Assembly (NCBI GenBank): GCA_964491455.1
Contig: CAZBFM010000001.1
Location: 215,229-279,228 of the forward strand
DNA: 64,000 bases
Direction of reading: 5' to 3'
Source: an uncultured Candidatus Saccharibacteria bacterium
Lineage (GTDB): Bacteria; Patescibacteriota; Minisyncoccia; 2-02-FULL-40-12; GWA2-44-9
The translations under genes and the position numbers were made by a program. Every line of letters begins with the position of its first letter. Within the stretch, counting starts at the first letter, position 1. Positions 63,850 to 64,000 of the stretch are shown piece by piece. The notes beneath the pieces are model-generated. The model was not told the origin of the DNA. It worked only from the letters and a program-made list of their open reading frames with translations, and did not search any database.

Positions 63850-64000
63850 TAGTTACAGCCTTCACTCGGAAGTCGTTCTGTAAAACGCCCTGGAATAAGC
63901 CAATAATCGAGAAACTGACGCTTGCTTTCGCTGCGAGAGCTGCCGTGTCTTCTTCTAACGCCCCAGATAATTGATTTCATGGGCTGAATGCTGACTTCGA

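Noticed and set aside
63294-64000. tmRNA (ssrA) in the ORF-free tail
   Set aside because: No GGGG...UUCGACG 5' module, no T-arm GGTTCGAATCC / CCA-proximal acceptor, and no ANDENYALAA-like tag frame. RNase P-like elements fit better.
1-64000. CRISPR arrays, rRNA genes, IS elements/transposases
   Set aside because: No regularly spaced direct repeats, no rRNA signature sequences, and no transposase-like ORFs or terminal inverted repeats were seen anywhere in the window.

Overview
This 64-kb window is a densely coded, roughly 50% GC bacterial chromosome segment. Its gene content looks like a reduced-genome lineage, plausibly CPR/Patescibacteria-like (inference): an RNA polymerase alpha subunit with no C-terminal domain, short AlaS and DnaX, PilT, many small membrane proteins, and a DsbA/VKOR cluster.

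Main contents:
- **Ribosomal/RNAP cluster:** infA-rpmJ-rpsM-rpsK-rpsD-rpoA-rplQ, followed by rplM-rpsI.
- **Housekeeping genes:** alaS, dus, pyrD, mnmA, rny, class A PBP, hup, corA, mscL, engB, bcp, ybaB, dut, dnaX, nadK.
- **tRNAs:** five genes (His, Arg-TCT, Pro-TGG, Gly-TCC, Gln-TTG), none encoding CCA.
- **Envelope/secretion set:** two lytic transglycosylases, a VirB2/TrbC-like protein, a VirB4/VirD4-like ATPase, two DsbA, a VKOR, a thioredoxin, and two ArnT/PMT-type glycosyltransferases.

Most notable points:
- A gene immediately downstream of tRNA-Gln (48214-48978) has an abrupt high-GC, GC3-saturated composition unlike its neighbours. It sits behind a perfect sigma70 consensus promoter and a structured leader. 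This is a candidate recent horizontal acquisition.
- Several other perfect TTGACA-N16-18-TATAAT promoters occur in the window, one with an adjacent palindrome.
- A lysine-rich micro-ORF sits between a TATAAT box and a terminator at about 29.8-30.1 kb.
- The final ~700 bp has no ORFs and contains a candidate RNase P RNA, with P1, P3 and P4-like elements placed by eye.

No CRISPR array, integrase or rRNA was found. Coordinates of small features placed by eye (tRNAs, promoters, terminators, hairpins) may be off by 1-2 nt.
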